From assembly GCA_964035545.1 (NCBI GenBank), contig OZ037766.1, positions 25,532,339 through 25,596,338 of the forward strand: DNA of 64,000 nucleotides, given 5' to 3'. Below, piece by piece: positions 59,333 to 64,000 of the stretch (positions within the stretch are counted from its first letter, which is position 1; every line of letters begins with the position of its first letter). The DNA is from Bugula neritina (lineage: Eukaryota; Animalia; Bryozoa). Under the pieces are notes generated by a model. That model did no database searches, was not told where the DNA came from, and saw nothing but the letters and a program-made list of their open reading frames with translations. The position numbers and the translations under genes are program-made.

Positions 59333-61042
59333 AGGCCAAGGATGACGTCAATCAGCGAATTGTGTGGGTCGACTTGGAAATGTCTGGTCTGGATGTAAAT
59401 AAAGAGAGAATTATAGAGATTGCTGTGGCCGTTACTGATGCTAAACTTACCAAGATAGCAAAGGTAGACAGATAGTGTTACATAGAACAGTACTTAGTTA
59501 TTGTGTGAGTTAAAAATTGTGTTCTTATGCCTAGTCAGCATAGTATCAACAGGTAATAGGTTTTGCAGTGATATATGTAAATATATAATATGTAAATATG
59601 TGATATATGAGCATGTTTTATGTGTGTGTGCGCCCATGTGTGTAGTCATCGATATAGAAGCATAGTATTATATAGTAAATTCTAATGCAGTTGCACAGCA
59701 TGTATATTATTTCCTATTTCCATTAAATAATGATTCTTGCATACGTTTCATAGTCACAGTTTTCACTACTTTAATGAAATTATTATACTGCTATTTAATA
59801 CTTGTATATGAAAATCTCACACTTTTTGAAAGTAGTCATTGTAAAAAAATTTAATGATCTGGGTTTCTAAGTGAGCTGAAGGCCGTGTACACTGTAGCAC
59901 AAGATCAACCATTGCCTAGACCACTAGAACACTAGACCGTAGCTGCTCCCCATTGAGTATCTATCCACCTTTATCTAGATGTTTTCTTTTGTAGGGCCCC
60001 AATCTGATTGTTCACCAAGAAGACTCTCTCCTCGATGCCATGGATCCATGGTGTATTGAGCATCACGGGGCGTCTGGGCTCACCCAAGCTGTGAAAGATA
60101 GCAAAGTTTCTGAGGCTATGGCTGAACAGCAAGTATTGGATTTTGTCTCCAAATACGTCAACAAAGGTATATAACTATCTTCTTTGAGATGTGCTAGGTG
60201 TTTAATGCCTGATGTTGTCTGGTATTGTGTGTAGGTGTGGCTTTTAGGATTGTTTGGTTACCTTGTTTACTAGCAGACCTACAGCTATGTTTCCTTGTGA
60301 GTTGCTTTGTGCTTGACAATCCTATTATCAATGTACTTGATAATAGTTCTCTATTTTTACTATATCTGTAAATAGTTTACTATATTTACTATACTTAAAA
60401 ATAAATTACTCTACATTTATACTTGCAAATTAATCAATCTGCATACTATACTTACAAATATATCACTTTCCTTAATATACCCGCAGGTAAATAACTTACT
60501 TTCCTTAATATACCCGCAGGTAAATAACTTTACTTACTATATTCGCAGGTAAATAACTGTACTTGCTATATCCGCAGGTAAATAACTTACTTTACTTACT
60601 ATATCCGCAGGTAAATAACTTTCCTTAATATACCCGCAGGTAAATAACTTTACTTACTATATTCGCAGGTAAATAACTGTACTTGCTATATCCGCAGGTA
60701 AATAACTTACTTTACTTACTATATCCGCAGGTAAATAACTTTCCTTAATATACCCGCAGGTAAATAACTTTACTTACTATATCCGCAGGTAAATCGCCAA
60801 TGGCAGGTAATTCTATCTACATGGACAAGATGTTTCTCATGAAATACATGTCAAGGTTTATGGAACATCTTCACTACAGACTTATAGATGTCAGCACTTT
60901 TAAAGAATTGGGGAAAAGATGGATGCCTGATATGATGGCAAAAGCACCCAAGAAAGCTGACAAGCATAGAGCTCTGGATGATATTTTTGACAGTATTGCC
61001 GAACTCAGGTTTTATAAGAGTTCAATGCTTATTCCTCACTAA
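59333..61042 (+). CDS. REXO2: Oligoribonuclease (DEDDh 3'-5' exonuclease); exons 59333-59463, 59995-60166, 60789-61042; first coding exon uncertain
   Basis: [12 protein letters not shown]...[16 protein letters not shown]...[29 protein letters not shown]....[16 protein letters not shown] and [17 protein letters not shown]; intron phases 0 and 1 join in frame. Confidence 0.93.
59845..59951 (-). mobile_element. SINE family A head fragment
   Basis: AACC...TAGACC...GCTGCTCC matches the end of the 3395-3595 copy. Confidence 0.4.
60465..60794 (+). repeat. Tandem array of 11 splice-junction units (29/33 bp; 120-bp higher-order repeat) at the REXO2 3' splice site
   Basis: CGCAG|GTAAAT with the acceptor G at 60486, 60519, 60548, 60577, 60610, 60639, 60668, 60697, 60730, 60759 and 60788. 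Confidence 0.95.
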
Positions 61043-61856
61043 AAATTGGTATTGCATGGGCTCAGTCTAATTTGCTTCACATTAGAATTAGTAGTACGTA
61101 GTCTTTGCGTAGTCCACCTCTCATTTTAGTACATCCAGTAGATTTAGCTTGGTAGAGTTTTCACTGGTTCAAGCCTGATGACCATCGTGTACACTTTTTA
61201 TTGGGAGGGCGTTGTTTTTGCACTCCAGTTGAGGAACAATTTGGCAAGGAAAATGCAGCATTTTATGTCGAAATCATCAATTCAACTCTGGTTTGTAGAG
61301 CCACATATAGTTTCTCTCCTTGCTAACCAATGTATTTTCATAAATTTCTTATTAGATTAGTATGAGCTAGACTAGTATATTATGCAACTTGATATTTTAT
61401 ATTGTTGTATTTCGTATAAAATTAGACCTGAACTTTTTTGAGCTGCTTTCAATTTAAATTTTTGCTTTTTTGACAATCACAAAATACTCTTTGTAGATAA
61501 TGACAAACTGCTATTGGTTTAGTCATAAACCGTTAAAATTAAAATTTTAATGCAAAAAAAGTTTATTGAACTTTTGATTATGAAGATATCAAATTGAAAT
61601 TCTGCATTTAAAATTTGTAATTCGTAATTTGTCTAAAAAATCTCTTTTTGTCAAAACCACACATTCCAATGACAGAAAACTGCAATTCTACTTCTAAGAG
61701 CTATGCAAAATTTTCATTAGACAAATAGGCCAGGGAATCATTCTATCTGCAGCTCCAAGAGGGTGACTGAGTGCAGTAGTTTGAGGTTCTGGAGTTTGAC
61801 TTTTGAACCCCCAAATTCGAGATTCCAAGCTACCGCACACAGTCACCCCCACTCGG

Positions 61857-62115
61857 CAAGGTCAGGGTAATTTTAATTTGTTATTATAATTGGTTCAAGT
61901 AATTGAATGTAGTTTGTAATTAATGTATAAAAACTATGTAATTGTGATAGTAAATAATTACTTAGCTAAGGTAATTGATTTTTACAATTACTTTATGATT
62001 ACATAACAAATACTTCAAATTTTTAAATCTTATATAAAATTCATACTTTTCCTTTTGAAAATTTTTAATGTAATTGTAATTGATTACATTTATATGTGAT
62101 TGACCCCAACCCTGC
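61857..62115. mobile_element. Possible MITE / non-autonomous hAT-like element
   Basis: Right end ATTGACCCCAACCCTG with a degenerate complementary left end CAAGGTCAGGGTAAT and many GTAATTG/CAATTAC subterminal repeats in opposing orientation; no TSD found. Confidence 0.4.
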
Positions 62116-63464
62116 TGAACTTGGAGCTGCTTATAGATAGTATCAGGTCAGACTTATTTTGAAAGCACTATAGCTTAGGGGCCATTTAGCTAGTGTTTTT
62201 ATGCTTTTTCTCTACTCTGCCAACTAACTTTAATTTTTCTATCATATATTTAAAAATCACCTTTTGGCTTCACATGTTCTATCATTATCTTTTTTATCAC
62301 ACTGATATTATTTTCTTTTGCTTTACATAAATTATTAGTGGAATAAATTCTATCTTTTTAGCATATATGATATACTGTTGAATTTATCTCAACAAGTCAT
62401 CTGCACATCAAAATAAACTTGCAATTTTGCAATATTGTACATTTAGCTCAACTTCAGCAGAGATGGAAATTATAATCACTCAAATTTTTATTCCAAGAAA
62501 CCTTGCCAACTAAATTGTAGGAGCCATATCAATATGAATGTAGATTTCCTCAATATCATTTTTACGTATAGATGTGTGCGTGCGCTCGCGCGCGTGTGTG
62601 TGTAGATATACATATTATAAACACACACTCATGCTTGTAAAAACTGCATCACAGCCTGTAATTAGTGCTGACAACCAGATTATAATATAGTTAAATCTGC
62701 CTACCACCTTACAGATCGATCGGCTTAGATTTTGTTTGGTTTTATGACTATCTAATTTTATTAAATATAATGGTGTGAAGAAATTAACAAGAAAGTGTAC
62801 ATGCTATCAAAAAATATAAAATATATATAATTTTTGTATAGGAAACTGCATAGCATAAAAGCAATCGTAATAAAACAATCCATAACTGTAAAAAAACTCA
62901 GCAGCTATTTTACGTATGCTACATTGAAATATGGCTGTTAGATAAAATTAGAGAATAACAAAGTAAAAGTTGATTCACGATATGAATGATAGAACACTAG
63001 TAGTTATGTATCGAGCTACAGCTAGGGAAAAAATTCTATATAATATGCTAATATTGAATATATAAAATATATAATTTCACGCTAGTGGAACTGATTGGAT
63101 ATAGGATTTGGAGAATACTTCACGTAAATGATTAAAATATATGCTCCATTTTATTTAATTAGTAGAGTTTGTCAATGTAATTACCAGATGTTTTTTTTCA
63201 AAAGTTCCGTAAGACAAATTGAATGAATCATTATAAGCGTTCTGAAAAAGAGGATAAAGTAAAATTCTTGCAAAACTATTTGCGTGGTTCAAAAACTTGA
63301 AAAATTTGTTTGGCCTTGAAGCTACTTTTACCAAGTGTGTTGGCACCCTGAAAGATAAAAACATGTACCGTGCATTCTAGTAACCCACAGGTAATTTAAA
63401 TAAGTAAACCATTAGAATAGTCAGTAGCAAATCAATAAGCAAAGCAGAAAAAAGCGGAAATGTT

Positions 63465-63986
63465 CTAAAGCTGAAAGTTTATAAATTGTAACAACAGGTG
63501 TCCAATGAGATGCAAGCTATAAGTAGGAGGTGCTCTAAATGATAACTTAGAAACTTTTATGAATAACAGGTAATCAATCACTTCCGTCTTCACTAACTGG
63601 TAACTAGTATTAGTCCATAGGTGAAGCTGGCGCAACTGGAACAACATCACCTTCCTAAAAACACAAATTTATTTATCCAATAAAGTAACGTAGATTAATT
63701 GTAGTAAACAAGAGCAACCAGTGATGTACGCATATACTATATAGGCCTACTAATAGTAATAGCTCAGTAGCACACCTCATCTAATCCACACGTCTTCAGT
63801 AACATCTCGATCACAGAGTATTTGTCACTGCCTCCAGCTTGTCCTGATCTATCTGATCTTTTCCAACACTCGATGAACTTGGTAAGATAGTCAATTCTGC
63901 CAGCATCTCTGCCATCTGCCCTCAACACTGGTTCACCACTATAATACACCAGACAAGTTGGCATTATTGAATATAATATAATTCAC
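63465..63986 (-). other. Possible exons of an unidentified gene or pseudogene entering from the right edge
   Basis: Acceptor-like TTGCAG (about 63987) and TTTTAG (about 63656) precede short open frames; frames do not join convincingly. Confidence 0.3.
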
Positions 63987-64000
63987 CTGCAACATACGAA

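Noticed and set aside
60465-60794. CRISPR-like appearance of the 29-33 bp repeats
   Set aside because: No unique spacers, no cas genes, eukaryotic intron context; units are head-to-tail.

Overview
AT-rich, intron-rich animal genomic DNA, probably an invertebrate; the species cannot be determined from the sequence. Host genes reconstructed by splicing exons by eye: a 4-exon TMEM126-like gene (+, 2245-4452); a convergent secreted mucin-like gene with a Thr-rich PRPTTTT array and some damaged exons (-, 12848-4865); an intact 11-exon secreted Gly/Asn-repeat protein (+, 22647-30063); the 3' two-thirds of a STAND/NB-ARC-TPR-like gene (-, 46143-34421) whose tail is duplicated as a pseudogene; and oligoribonuclease REXO2/orn (+, about 59333-61042). 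Mobile DNA: a full-length but integrase-dead Ty3/Gypsy element (46380-53880) with an extra C2H2-zinc-finger ORF, an Academ-like DNA transposon (34899-38179) plus a second terminus (1-458), CR1/L2-type and R4-type LINE fragments, a probable solo LTR, two tRNA-derived repeat families and several satellites. Most striking: the last REXO2 intron ends in a ladder of 11 tandem CGCAG|GTAAAT splice junctions; 10 lead to an immediate stop codon but each recreates a 5' splice site (candidate recursive-splicing ladder). Also notable are the Gypsy third ORF, the discordant LTRs at the point where the STAND gene is decapitated, and the 13-residue-periodic GN protein.
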